Positions 1 to 9,485 of a stretch of 64,000 bases of DNA are shown here, piece by piece. The first letter of the stretch is position 1. Each line of letters starts with the position of its first letter. The translations under genes were made by a program, and so were the position numbers. The DNA lies in assembly GCA_047947115.1 (NCBI GenBank), contig CP170459.1, forward strand, positions 1,824,001 through 1,888,000, written 5' to 3'. The notes beneath the pieces were generated by a model, which worked only from the letters and a program-made list of their open reading frames with translations, ran no database searches and was not told the origin of the DNA. The DNA comes from Verrucomicrobiota bacterium (GTDB lineage: Bacteria > Verrucomicrobiota > Verrucomicrobiia > Limisphaerales > AAA164-E04).

Positions 1-136
1 TAATGACAAACGATCCTTCGGGTTGTTGAGTTTTGACACCACTGCCAAGGATCCCAAGCTGACCTATCATATTTATTCCGTGGATGATGAACCTGTTTAT
101 CAACACACTGTGCGGTTGAGTGAATTGACGTTTTGA
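1..136 (+). CDS. 3-prime end of a gene entering the window, resembles alkaline phosphatase D (PhoD) family C-terminus
   Basis: Open frame from base 2 to TGA 134-136: NDKRSFGLLSFDTTAKDPKLTYHIYSVDDEPVYQHTVRLSELTF; SFGLLxFDT..DP motif recalled from PhoD-like proteins. Confidence 0.5.
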   Translation, partial: NDKRSFGLLSFDTTAKDPKLTYHIYSVDDEPVYQHTVRLSELTF

Positions 137-216
137 AAAGCTGAATCGGCTTCTTGACCTGAAGGCTGTAGATGCATTGAATGGGGAGTGGCGTGTGAAC
201 TCTGAACGCGTGCGAT

Positions 217-384
217 ATGTTTTGGTCTAAGAAAAACAAGGAAGAACATCGGTATTACCTGCTGCCTGGGATGGGCCGCAGCAATCGTCGTCGTCATGCC
301 CAGTTTGTAAGATGGGCTGTCGGAGTGGGGATCATTGCTTCCGGGCTCTTTGGTTTTTTTATTTGGTATATGAATCAGATTTAG
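217..384 (+). CDS. Small single-pass membrane protein, 55 aa (not in ORF track)
   Basis: ATG 217 to TAG 382-384: MFWSKKNKEEHRYYLLPGMGRSNRRRHAQFVRWAVGVGIIASGLFGFFIWYMNQI; basic N-region then one TM helix; fills the gap between two + strand genes. Confidence 0.65.
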   Translation: MFWSKKNKEEHRYYLLPGMGRSNRRRHAQFVRWAVGVGIIASGLFGFFIWYMNQI

Positions 385-432
385 TTCCGAACCATCAATT
401 GGTTTAAAGGGCCATTGAACAACAAACAAGAC

Positions 433-1734
433 ATGAACAATCAACCATCCATTGAATCCAAATCGGATCGCCGTCAATTCCTGACACAACTTTCCGCAGT
501 TTTGGGTTCCGCCACGGTGGCCTCGCACCTCACGGCGCAAAGCGTCGGGAATCCGTTTACGGTTGCCGTTCCTGCCTCTGTCAATCGCCCGATTTTTGAT
601 GCTGACATGGGGTCCATCTGGCCATTGATTCGCCAGCAGGCCAATCGGACCTACTTTCCTTATTCCTTTACGCGTGATCGTTACACGGACCTGAAGCTAT
701 GGAAGCACCACACTCGGAATCGCCTTCTTGATTTGTTGCATCATAGCCCTGTTGCCTGGCCGGCCAATCCGACCAAGATCAAGGAGACAGATGCCGGTGA
801 TTACATGATCGAGGAAGTGGCCTTCAATACGACTCAGCATATTCGAGTGGCAGCGCATGTGCTGGTGCCCAAGACAGCCAAGAAGCGGGAAACCCCGGCC
901 ATTGTGCTGATGCATGATCACGGTGGGTTCTACATGTGGGGCAAGGAGAAGGTAGTACAGCTTGATGGGGAACACGATATTCTCGGGGAATATCGCCAGC
1001 GGTTTTATGATGGCACTTCCATCGGCACCGAACTTGTGCGCCAAGGCTATCTAGTGGTGGTGATTGATATGCTGTATTGGGGCACTCGTCGATATTTGAT
1101 GGATGGAGATTCCGATGGTTGGTGGGATCGCCCAGCTGATTTGGCTCCGGAACAGGTGAATGCCTTCAACGTAAGGGCATCCAACCATGAACATCTGCTT
1201 GATCGCACCTTGTTGGCTGCGGGAACGACCTGGACGGGGATCGCCGCGTGGGATGACATCCGAACGGTGGATTATTTGTGGTCACGTGATGAGGTGGATC
1301 GAAATCGTATCGGGTGTGTGGGGTTTTCGACCGGGGGTATGCGCGCTTTGATGTTGGCCGCATTGGATGAGCGGGTTAAAGCGACAGTGAATGCCTGCTG
1401 GATGACATCCATGATTCATCAGCTTCAGAATGATATCAAATACTCCATTGGATACTCCGTGCTGGTGCCCGGGATGTTTCGCTATATGGATCTTCCCGAT
1501 TTGGCGGCCTTGGCCATGCCAGGTGCCATGATGATCATGGGGGGCGGAAATGATCATTTCTTTAATGCCGAAGGTTCCAGACTTGCCTACGAAGAAGTCA
1601 AGCAGGCCTTCGCCAAAGGGGAATGTGGGGATCGTCTATACATCCAACAGTATGACACGGCACATGTATTCAACAAAGCCATGCAGGAGGCGGCTTGGGA
1701 TTTCCTCAAAAAACATTTGATGGATCGGGTGTGA
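433..1734 (+). CDS. Tat-exported alpha/beta hydrolase (dienelactone hydrolase / acetyl xylan esterase-like)
   Basis: Twin-Arg signal DRRQFL; HDHGG, nucleophile elbow GFSTGG, downstream Asp and His; ATG at 433 preferred. Confidence 0.8.
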   Translation: MNNQPSIESKSDRRQFLTQLSAVLGSATVASHLTAQSVGNPFTVAVPASVNRPIFDADMGSIWPLIRQQANRTYFPYSFTRDRYTDLKLWKHHTRNRLLDLLHHSPVAWPANPTKIKETDAGDYMIEEVAFNTTQHIRVAAHVLVPKTAKKRETPAIVLMHDHGGFYMWGKEKVVQLDGEHDILGEYRQRFYDGTSIGTELVRQGYLVVVIDMLYWGTRRYLMDGDSDGWWDRPADLAPEQVNAFNVRASNHEHLLDRTLLAAGTTWTGIAAWDDIRTVDYLWSRDEVDRNRIGCVGFSTGGMRALMLAALDERVKATVNACWMTSMIHQLQNDIKYSIGYSVLVPGMFRYMDLPDLAALAMPGAMMIMGGGNDHFFNAEGSRLAYEEVKQAFAKGECGDRLYIQQYDTAHVFNKAMQEAAWDFLKKHLMDRV

Positions 1735-1912
1735 ATCGCATGCCTGAAACGTCTTTTGAACCGGTGATTCCTTGGTTCGGGTAACGATAACATTAGCAGT
1801 TGGTTGTAACATGCTTGTTGCAATTTTGCTGTTGACAGTTCGGGGGAGTTACGTGCTTTATGCAAGCCAATACTTCTACTTCTAAACTATTATAGCCCAG
1901 TGAGTGCAGGGT

Positions 1913-1948
1913 GAACAGGCCCGGTGAAAGCCGGGTCTGTTCTTTTTT
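1913..1948 (+). terminator. Rho-independent terminator
   Basis: 12-bp stem GAACAGGCCCGG / CCGGGTCTGTTC (one G-U), loop TGAAAG, followed by TTTTTT. Confidence 0.8.
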
Positions 1949-2030
1949 GGGCCTGTTTTTGGTTGAATGGGATGTTTGGAGGCATCCTTGTTTTGCATTT
2001 CGTGGGTGGTATCAGTAAGAATGGGGCGTC

Positions 2031-3437
2031 ATGTTCTCGTTTGATTTTAATTCTTTTCGATTCTTTGGATGGATGTGTGGATTGGTTGCTCTAACGGCCG
2101 GTTATTCTCATGCACTGTCTCAATCCTTCCAGCCTGCCCGGATAAGTGAGCTTTATGGGGACAGTGCCGATCAACTCCTCAAGGCGGCCATGACGAGTCG
2201 GCATGGATTTAACCGTCTGGCTGAAATGTGCGACACTTTTGGGCCTCGTTTTACTGGATCGGAGAATCTGGAACGAGCCATCGATTGGGCTTTGGAAGAG
2301 ATGCAGGTCGATGGGTTTTCCAATGTCCGGGGGGAGGAAGTCGTAGTTCCCCGATGGGTCCGAGGGAATGAGTCGCTCACATTAATGAACCCGCGTCAAA
2401 AAAGTTGTCCCATGCTGGGGCTCGGCGGGAGTGTTGGGACTGGGCCAGAAGGGATCACTGCGGAGGTGCTCATTGTTGACAGTTTTGAAGATTTGAAGAC
2501 AAAAGCGGATCAGGCCAAAGGCAAAATTGTGTTGTTTAACGCTCCATTCGTTGAATACGGACAAACGGTTGTGTTTCGGGTTCGTGGCGCTACCGAGGCC
2601 GCCAAGGTGGGTGCGGTCGCCAGTTTGGTGCGATCCGTGGGGCCTTTTTCCATGCAGACACCTCATACGGGGATGATGGCGTATGAGGATAAGTCTGTTC
2701 CTGAAATACCCCATGCTGCGATCACCGTTGAGGATTCCCTGTTATTTGAACGCATGCAAAGCAGGGGGGAGTCGGTGAGAGTTCATTTGCAAATGGACGC
2801 GCAGAATCTTGAACCCGGACTTTCGCGAAATACGATCGCCGAAATTCCCGGCACCGAGAATCCCGATGAAATCGTCCTCGTCAGTGGTCATATGGATTCA
2901 TGGGATGTCGGTCAGGGAGCCATGGACGATGGCGGAGGGTGCCTCGCTATGTGGGAGGCTGCGCGGTTGATCTTGAAATCCGGATTGCGGCCTCGTCGGA
3001 CCATCCGTGTTGTTCTGTGGACCAATGAAGAAAACGGTATGGCAGGCGTGCGATCCTACCGTGATGGGCATGAAAAGGAGCTCGAAAACCATGTGCTGGC
3101 CATTGAATCGGATGCCGGGACCTTCAGACCTTACGGATTCAGCTTCACCGGCAGCGAGCAGGCCATGCCCTATTTGGAATCCATCGGCAAGCTTTTGAAA
3201 CCGCTGGAGGCCGACCGTCTCAAATGGGGTGCGGCCGCATCGGACATCATGCGACTGGTTCCCGACGGGGTGCCTGTCATGGGGCTGGATGTCGATCGAA
3301 CGCGGTATTTTTGGTATCATCATACCGATGCAGACACCATGGATAAGCTTGATCTGGATGAGTTCAACCGATGTGTGGCTGCTTCTGCGGTGATGATGTG
3401 GGTGGTGGCGGACATGCCGGTCCGATTGCCAAGATAG
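2031..3437 (+). CDS. M28 family metallopeptidase (carboxypeptidase Q-like) with PA domain
   Basis: Signal peptide; GHMDSWDVGQGAMDDGGG, TNEENG, ESDAG, YHHTDADT Zn-ligand motifs. Confidence 0.9.
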   Translation: MFSFDFNSFRFFGWMCGLVALTAGYSHALSQSFQPARISELYGDSADQLLKAAMTSRHGFNRLAEMCDTFGPRFTGSENLERAIDWALEEMQVDGFSNVRGEEVVVPRWVRGNESLTLMNPRQKSCPMLGLGGSVGTGPEGITAEVLIVDSFEDLKTKADQAKGKIVLFNAPFVEYGQTVVFRVRGATEAAKVGAVASLVRSVGPFSMQTPHTGMMAYEDKSVPEIPHAAITVEDSLLFERMQSRGESVRVHLQMDAQNLEPGLSRNTIAEIPGTENPDEIVLVSGHMDSWDVGQGAMDDGGGCLAMWEAARLILKSGLRPRRTIRVVLWTNEENGMAGVRSYRDGHEKELENHVLAIESDAGTFRPYGFSFTGSEQAMPYLESIGKLLKPLEADRLKWGAAASDIMRLVPDGVPVMGLDVDRTRYFWYHHTDADTMDKLDLDEFNRCVAASAVMMWVVADMPVRLPR

Positions 3438-3477
3438 GTGGAGTTCGGGGTCGTACAATCAGGCATGAGGTCCTTTC

Positions 3478-4323
3478 ATGATTTGGCAAACTGCCCATAA
3501 GAGTTGGTCGTTCAAAGCTTGCCCTATCGTCATGGGTATTCTGAACGTGACACCTGATTCTTTTTCGGATGGCGGTCACTTTACGCAGGTCGAGGTTGCC
3601 GTCGAACATGCCTTGCAAATGGTTTCGGAAGGGGCTGAAATCATTGATATCGGGGGCGAATCCACGCGTCCGAATGCCGATCCGGTTGGTCTGGAGGATG
3701 AATTGCAGCGGGTCATCCCTGTGATCGAGGCATTGGCCGCCCGGTCGGATGTTTCCATCAGTATCGACACTCGCAAAGTGGAGGTTGCGCGTCAGGCTGT
3801 TGATGCGGGTGCTTCGATCATCAATGATGTGGAAGCGAATCGTCAGGACAAAGCCATGTGGGAACTGGTTGCTCGGAGTGGTGTTGGATATGTTGCGATG
3901 CACATGCAGGGGCAACCCGGCACGATGCAACAGAACCCGGTTTACGAGGATGTGCTTGTCGAGATTCGGGCTTTTTTTGAACACAGTTTGAAGCGAATTG
4001 AGTGCTGTGGTGTGAAAAAGGAACAGGTTATGCTGGATGTTGGCATAGGATTCGGTAAAACCTTGGATCATAATTTGGCGTTGCTGAGATCATTGGATAC
4101 CTTCGGGTGCTTGAACAGGCCTCTTTTGTTGGGTGTTTCCCGTAAATCCATGTTTGGCAAACTGCTTGATGTGAAAAGTCCCAAAGACCGTATGCCTGCC
4201 GGTCTGGCTTGTGCTTGTTGGGCTTTTGAGAAAGGGGTTGCTGTCATCAGGACCCACGATGTGAGTGAAACCGTCCAGGCCTTGCGCATGTGGGATGCTT
4301 TGCGCCGGGTGTCGACTATATGA
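3478..4323 (+). CDS. folP: Dihydropteroate synthase
   Basis: MGILNVTPDSFSDGG, DIGGESTRP, DVGIGFGK, GVSRKS, IRTHDV. Confidence 0.97.
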   Translation: MIWQTAHKSWSFKACPIVMGILNVTPDSFSDGGHFTQVEVAVEHALQMVSEGAEIIDIGGESTRPNADPVGLEDELQRVIPVIEALAARSDVSISIDTRKVEVARQAVDAGASIINDVEANRQDKAMWELVARSGVGYVAMHMQGQPGTMQQNPVYEDVLVEIRAFFEHSLKRIECCGVKKEQVMLDVGIGFGKTLDHNLALLRSLDTFGCLNRPLLLGVSRKSMFGKLLDVKSPKDRMPAGLACACWAFEKGVAVIRTHDVSETVQALRMWDALRRVSTI

Positions 4324-5141
4324 ATTTTGATGCCTCATGGGAAAACCTCTGGCGTCCAGTTGTGGAGATTTCCATTCTGGCGGTGGGAATCTATTACATT
4401 CTCATGTTTGTTCGGCGGACTCATGGATGGGGGGTGTTGACCGGAATTTTGGTGTTACTCGGGATGCTGGTGGTGACCACCATTCTGGATCTCACCGTTC
4501 TGAACTGGATGCTGGTTCAGTTTTTTGGTTTCTCCGCTTATGCTGTCCTGATCCTTTTTCACCCTGAAATTCGGCGACTTTTGGCCCGTCTGGGGAACTT
4601 GCCCAATTTTTCGCAGATCCGTGAGCAACGTGAAACCATTGAGGTCATCGTGCAAACTGTAGACCGGTTGTCCGATGTCAAAATTGGGGCTCTGATCGCC
4701 ATCGAGCAAAACCATGACTTGTCGCAAACGGTCGAGGTGGGGGTGCCGGTTGATTGTGATGCCACACCTGAGATGCTGGAAACCATATTCTTTCCCAACA
4801 ATGCCATCCATGACGGTGGAGTGATCATTCATGGAGATCGCATTTCTTATGCTGCCTGTATTTTCCCGTTAACCCGTCGACAGGACTTGCAGAAATCCCT
4901 GGGCACGCGCCATCGTGCCGCCATTGGGTTGAGTGAGGAAACCGATGCGGTGGTGGTTTTGGTTTCGGAGGAAACGGGGATGATTTCCTATGCGCACCAA
5001 GGCAAACTGGTGCGTGGTCTGTCCTGCGAAGAATTAAGGTCCATTCTCAGTACATTGATCGTCAAAGCACCGCGATCGGTCAAACGGGCGGCGCGGCAAC
5101 AGGAACTGCAGAGAGTCATCAAAAAGAAGACCGTTGCCTAG
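4320..5141 (+). CDS. cdaA: Diadenylate cyclase (membrane-bound CdaA/DacA)
   Basis: N-terminal TM helices, HDGG and GTRHRAAIGLSEETDA motifs; ATGA overlap with folP stop. Confidence 0.93.
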   Translation: MNFDASWENLWRPVVEISILAVGIYYILMFVRRTHGWGVLTGILVLLGMLVVTTILDLTVLNWMLVQFFGFSAYAVLILFHPEIRRLLARLGNLPNFSQIREQRETIEVIVQTVDRLSDVKIGALIAIEQNHDLSQTVEVGVPVDCDATPEMLETIFFPNNAIHDGGVIIHGDRISYAACIFPLTRRQDLQKSLGTRHRAAIGLSEETDAVVVLVSEETGMISYAHQGKLVRGLSCEELRSILSTLIVKAPRSVKRAARQQELQRVIKKKTVA

Positions 5142-5156
5142 GTAACCCTGACAAGC

Positions 5157-5573
5157 ATGAAGGATTATTTGACTCTGTTATTTTCGAATCTGACCTGGAA
5201 AATCATTTCCTTGGTCATGGCCATTGGATTGTGGGGTTTGATTCATTTGGCGGTTATTCAGGAGGATGCGGCAAGCCGGGCGGATGATGGGCCATTGGCG
5301 AGTCGGGAAATACAAAACGTTCCCATTATTGTTCAAACGTCCTCGACGGATACAAATCGTTACCTTATTTCACCCCAGGTTGTGAAGGTCAGCATTCAGG
5401 GGCAGTGGGCATTGTTGGACACGGTGGATGCCAGCAGGATCCGTGTGGTGGCCGACATGACACAGCAGACCGGTGAGGATGCTTTTGCGGTGGCCCTGGA
5501 AGTGGTGGTCCCTCCGGAATTCCAATTCCAGCGTTGCATGCCACAAAGTATCCGTGTAGAAAAATCGAATTAG
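5157..5573 (+). CDS. cdaR: YbbR/CdaR-like protein (single YbbR domain)
   Basis: N-terminal WKIISLVMAIGLW anchor, P..V.V.I.G motif, located between cdaA and glmM. Confidence 0.75.
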   Translation: MKDYLTLLFSNLTWKIISLVMAIGLWGLIHLAVIQEDAASRADDGPLASREIQNVPIIVQTSSTDTNRYLISPQVVKVSIQGQWALLDTVDASRIRVVADMTQQTGEDAFAVALEVVVPPEFQFQRCMPQSIRVEKSN

Positions 5574-5702
5574 GAGGCAGGGTTTTGATCGAATTTCAGG
5601 ATCGTCCTTTTTGAGACACTGACAGCCAATGATAAAAATCAGGGCTTGGAGGTGAAGGAGGGTGAAGGTTCTAATCGAGTTTCTTCAGACAATCATTCTA
5701 TC

Positions 5703-7100
5703 ATGTCCAAAAAAGACAAAATCAAACGTATATTTGGAACCGATGGTGTTCGTGGTCGGGCCAATGTTGAGCCGGTAACCGCTGAAACCGCACTACGTCT
5801 CGGGCGTGCCGCGGGTCATGTTTTCAAGAATATGGAATCCAAGGCGCGCGGTCACGGGAAGCATAAGATCGTCATTGGAAAAGATACCCGTCTTTCGGGT
5901 TACATGTTGGAGAATGCCATTTCCTCCGGCATTCTTTCCATGGGAGTGGATGTGTTGTTTATCGGTCCGCTCCCTACGCCCGGTGTCGCTTATGTGACAC
6001 GCAGTCTGCGAGCCGATGCGGGGCTTGTGATCACCGCTTCCCACAATCCATTTGACGACAATGGCATCAAATTTTTCAGAGCGGACGGATTCAAGCTGGA
6101 CGATAACATTGAAAATGAAATCGAAGACCTGGTTTTCAGTGGCGACATCGAATCCATTGTGCCCAGCGCCCGCGAAATTGGAAAAGCGGTTCGTATCGAC
6201 GATGCTCTTGGCCGTTACATCGAATACGCCAAATCATCCTTTCCGCGGGGATTGACTTTGGATGGAATGCGTATCGTGATTGATTGCGCGCATGGAGCCG
6301 CCTACAAAGCCGCGCCTTGCATTTTGCGTGAACTGGGTGCCGAAGTGTTTGCCTACGGAGACAAACCCGACGGCTCAAATATCAACAAAGAATGTGGATC
6401 CATGCATCCCGACCTGATATGCCGCAAGGTTTGGGAACATCGGGCGCACATCGGCATCGCCCATGATGGAGATGCGGATCGCGTGCTTCTTTGTGATGAA
6501 AATGGCAAGTTAGTGGATGGCGATGACATCATGGCCATCGCTGGAATCCACATGCTCGAAACAGGCAGCCTGGCCAAGAAGACACTCGTGGCAACGGTCA
6601 TGAGCAATGCGGGACTGGATCAGGTCATACAAAAAGCGGGGGGCAAGGTCATTCGTACGGCTGTGGGAGACAAAAACGTCATCGATGAAATGCTCAAGAA
6701 GGATTTCAACTTCGGAGGAGAATCTAGCGGGCACATCATTTTCCGCGATTACGCCACCACTGGAGACGGTTTGATTGCCGCCTTACAAATCCTTTCCATC
6801 ATGAAGGAGAAAGATGCTTCTTTGCATCAGCTTACAGGAAAATGGCAGCGATTCCCTCAAATCATTACCAATATCCGAGTTGGATCCAAACCGCCATTTG
6901 AAGAGTTGGAGGGGGTGTTGGACTTGGTGAAAGAAGCAGAAAAGGCCCTTCAGTCACAAGGGGGGCGTGTTCTCCTGCGCTATTCCGGCACAGAACCCAA
7001 GGCGCGCCTGCTGCTGGAGGGGCCGGTGCTTTCCGATCTTGAGAAATGGAACCAACCTATCGCCGACTCCTTGAGGCAAAAGATTGGTGCAGCGAGTTGA
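5703..7100 (+). CDS. glmM: Phosphoglucosamine mutase
   Basis: FGTDGVRG, TASHNP, DGDADR, GGESSGH, RYSGTEP. Confidence 0.97.
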   Translation: MSKKDKIKRIFGTDGVRGRANVEPVTAETALRLGRAAGHVFKNMESKARGHGKHKIVIGKDTRLSGYMLENAISSGILSMGVDVLFIGPLPTPGVAYVTRSLRADAGLVITASHNPFDDNGIKFFRADGFKLDDNIENEIEDLVFSGDIESIVPSAREIGKAVRIDDALGRYIEYAKSSFPRGLTLDGMRIVIDCAHGAAYKAAPCILRELGAEVFAYGDKPDGSNINKECGSMHPDLICRKVWEHRAHIGIAHDGDADRVLLCDENGKLVDGDDIMAIAGIHMLETGSLAKKTLVATVMSNAGLDQVIQKAGGKVIRTAVGDKNVIDEMLKKDFNFGGESSGHIIFRDYATTGDGLIAALQILSIMKEKDASLHQLTGKWQRFPQIITNIRVGSKPPFEELEGVLDLVKEAEKALQSQGGRVLLRYSGTEPKARLLLEGPVLSDLEKWNQPIADSLRQKIGAAS

Positions 7101-7425
7101 AATTGGCGGTGGTGTTCTATGTCCGGAGCTTGTCGCATGATGGGGCGCATTCCCGTTTTCCTGCGGATAAGTCGTTTGATGGAGTAAAAATGGTTTGTGT
7201 AAGCTTCTGTTTGTGAAGGTGTAGTGGTGTTTTGGGACGGGGTGGGGGTGAATTAGCCCTTGCACTCAGGGACAAGTTTTCTATGGTGAATTGCCGAAGG
7301 AGCCATTTCGGTTTTGATCTTGCCCCTTCACCATTACTCAGAGAGTTCACCAATATTAATCCAGAGACATCAGGGGCTAGCTTATCTTTTTTCGAAACAA
7401 TGGTTCGAAAAGTGCGTCCGGGAAA

Positions 7426-7920
7426 GTGCTGCGTGGAACGTTTTTATTTCTAAGCTTTTGGCTTTCAGCCAATGGTATTCAGAGCGCCGCAGAACCTTCC
7501 CAGCCGCGATGGGTGTCTCCTGCTGAAAGTCCCTTTCTGGCGGATGAAGGAAAATGCCTGCTCCGTTGGGAACTCCCTGAATCCGAAAATTCATCCTTCA
7601 CATTTCAGGTCGAACAGGCGGATGAATCCAATTTTTCCAATCCCCGCGTGCGTTATGAAGGTCCCGACTCGGCCACCTGCATCTCCGGTTTGCCCGAAGG
7701 CATGCATCACTACCGAGTAAGGTTGGTTTCCGATGATGAAACAGGCCCCTGGTCCGAAAGCATGGAGATCAAGGTTGAATTTGTTTCGCGACAGCTTGTC
7801 ATTATACTCCTGCTGCTGGGATCCATTGTTTTTGTGGCGACCGTCTGGGCCATCTGGAAGGGGCATTACCAATACGCCGGACCGCCAGCCTCAAATTCTA
7901 ACACAGGGGGGAGCCAATGA
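7426..7920 (+). CDS. Fibronectin type III-like protein with signal peptide and C-terminal TM anchor
   Basis: N-terminal hydrophobic segment; LRW...F.VEQ...ISGLPEG.HHYRVR...GPWS Fn3 pattern; C-terminal TM; stop overlaps next start. Confidence 0.7.
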   Translation: MLRGTFLFLSFWLSANGIQSAAEPSQPRWVSPAESPFLADEGKCLLRWELPESENSSFTFQVEQADESNFSNPRVRYEGPDSATCISGLPEGMHHYRVRLVSDDETGPWSESMEIKVEFVSRQLVIILLLLGSIVFVATVWAIWKGHYQYAGPPASNSNTGGSQ

Positions 7921-9347
7921 GCGAGGCGGATGCGAACTCCATATTGAACCCGACCATCGGTTGGGTCTTGTTGCTTCTCTTTGGCGCTGCCTGGATCGGG
8001 TTGGGAATTTACTGGGGACGACGCGCCAAGTCCTTCGACGGATTCATGTTGGCCGGGCGCAACGTGGGCATGGCTCTCGGTTCCGCAACAGCCATGGCCA
8101 CCTGGGTGACTTCCAACACTGTCATGCTCGCGCCGGTGTTCGCTCTCGAAAAAGGTGTTTGGGGCATGCTGGCATATTCCACAGCCAGTTTTGGATTATT
8201 GTTGTTCGCTCCTCTCAGCGCTCGCATTCGTCAATTGATCCCCAAAGGCTACACCAGCGGTGATTTTATGCGATTGCGCTACGGCAAGCTTGCGTGGGTG
8301 TTGTTCCTGTTGATTACCGTGGTCTATTCCTTGGCCTGGCTGGTTAGCATGGGAACCGCAGGCGGCAAGTTGCTGCAAACCTTATCCGGCATTCCTTATG
8401 TCAATGGAATGAGCATGATTCTCTTTGTTTGCGTTGTTTACACACTCTTCGGGGGGCTTTATGCCGTCATTGGAACGGATTTCATCCAGAGTATCATCAT
8501 CCTGATCGGTGTGGTCCTGGTAGGAGGACTAGTATTGTTGAAGACGGATATGGCTGAGGTTTATCAATCGATGGAACGCCATCAACCCTCGCTGATCAAT
8601 GCCTTGATGCCGGTTGCCTTGCTTTCCTTGTTCAACAACATGTTCTTTGGGTTCGGAGAGGTGTTCCACAACAACGTCTGGTGGAGTCGGGCCTATGCCA
8701 TGCGAAAGGACGTGGCTCCCAAGGCATTTTTTGTCTCGGGTCTGCTCTGGTTTCCGATTCCCATTGCCGCCGGTTTCATCGCGTTGAGTGCTTCAGCTCT
8801 GGGTATCAATGTCATTGATCCCAACACCGTGGGGCCTTTGGTTGCCAGTTCGGTGCTGGGCAAATCGGGGGCCATTCTGGTGTTTGTCGTGGTGTTCTGT
8901 TCGCTGGCTTCCAGTATTGACAGTTTGCTGGCCGCTACTTCGGATCTACTTGTAGAGGATGTGGGTAGGAAAATGTTGGGCGTTGGCGGGAGCGAAGACC
9001 AATTGCGCACCTTCTCCAAACTCGTGATCTGCGGTCTGGGGATGTTGACCTGGATACTGTGTGCCCGGGAAATGAATCTTCTGGAAATACTGTTTTTGTC
9101 CGGTCCGTTGGTTGCCAGTGCCATATGGCCGGTTCTGGGCGGTTTATATTGGGAAAAAGCAAGCAGCTCAGGAGCCGTGCTGGCCATGATAACGGGAAGT
9201 GTGGTCGGTTTGGTTGCTTATTACAAATTGGGTTGGTACACCGCTTCTCTGATCAGTGCTGCCGTTTCCATGGTGGTGATGTTGGTTTTTGCGTCCTTTC
9301 AACGACAGGCTTTTGATTGGGAAACGATTTCCAAAGCTTCAAATTAA
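7917..9347 (+). CDS. Sodium:solute symporter family transporter (DUR3/PutP-like)
   Basis: About 13 TM helices; FMLAGRNVG, YTLFGGLYAVIGTDFIQ, SSIDSLL SSS motifs. Confidence 0.9.
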   Translation: MSEADANSILNPTIGWVLLLLFGAAWIGLGIYWGRRAKSFDGFMLAGRNVGMALGSATAMATWVTSNTVMLAPVFALEKGVWGMLAYSTASFGLLLFAPLSARIRQLIPKGYTSGDFMRLRYGKLAWVLFLLITVVYSLAWLVSMGTAGGKLLQTLSGIPYVNGMSMILFVCVVYTLFGGLYAVIGTDFIQSIIILIGVVLVGGLVLLKTDMAEVYQSMERHQPSLINALMPVALLSLFNNMFFGFGEVFHNNVWWSRAYAMRKDVAPKAFFVSGLLWFPIPIAAGFIALSASALGINVIDPNTVGPLVASSVLGKSGAILVFVVVFCSLASSIDSLLAATSDLLVEDVGRKMLGVGGSEDQLRTFSKLVICGLGMLTWILCAREMNLLEILFLSGPLVASAIWPVLGGLYWEKASSSGAVLAMITGSVVGLVAYYKLGWYTASLISAAVSMVVMLVFASFQRQAFDWETISKASN

Positions 9348-9350
9348 GAT

Positions 9351-9485
9351 ATGACAATGCATTTACCCATACCTGCTTTCATTGTGACCTTGATCGTCTA
9401 TGGCTCCCTTCTGGGAGTCAGTCTTGGTGTCATCGTATTACTACGCATGTTTTGGAAAGATTGGAAAAAAGGGGAATTATGGTAG
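9351..9485 (+). CDS. Small single-pass membrane protein, 44 aa (not in ORF track)
   Basis: MTMHLPIPAFIVTLIVYGSLLGVSLGVIVLLRMFWKDWKKGELW; starts 3 nt after the symporter stop and overlaps the next ATG (9479). Confidence 0.75.
   Translation: MTMHLPIPAFIVTLIVYGSLLGVSLGVIVLLRMFWKDWKKGELW

Noticed and set aside
1870..1914. Leu-rich frame ILLLL suggesting a leucine attenuator peptide
   Set aside because: No in-frame start codon after the upstream stop, and the downstream gene is not a leu/ilv gene
7230..7400. Possible c-di-AMP or guanidine riboswitch ahead of the symporter operon (GGGGTGAAT...AGGG; GCCCCT/AGGGGC pairing)
   Set aside because: Only short fragments match; the other conserved riboswitch elements were not found by eye. 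An Infernal scan would settle it.
9317..9478. N-terminal extension of the carbamoyltransferase given in the ORF track
   Set aside because: The region is better explained by the 44-aa membrane ORF in another frame; ATG 9479 preferred
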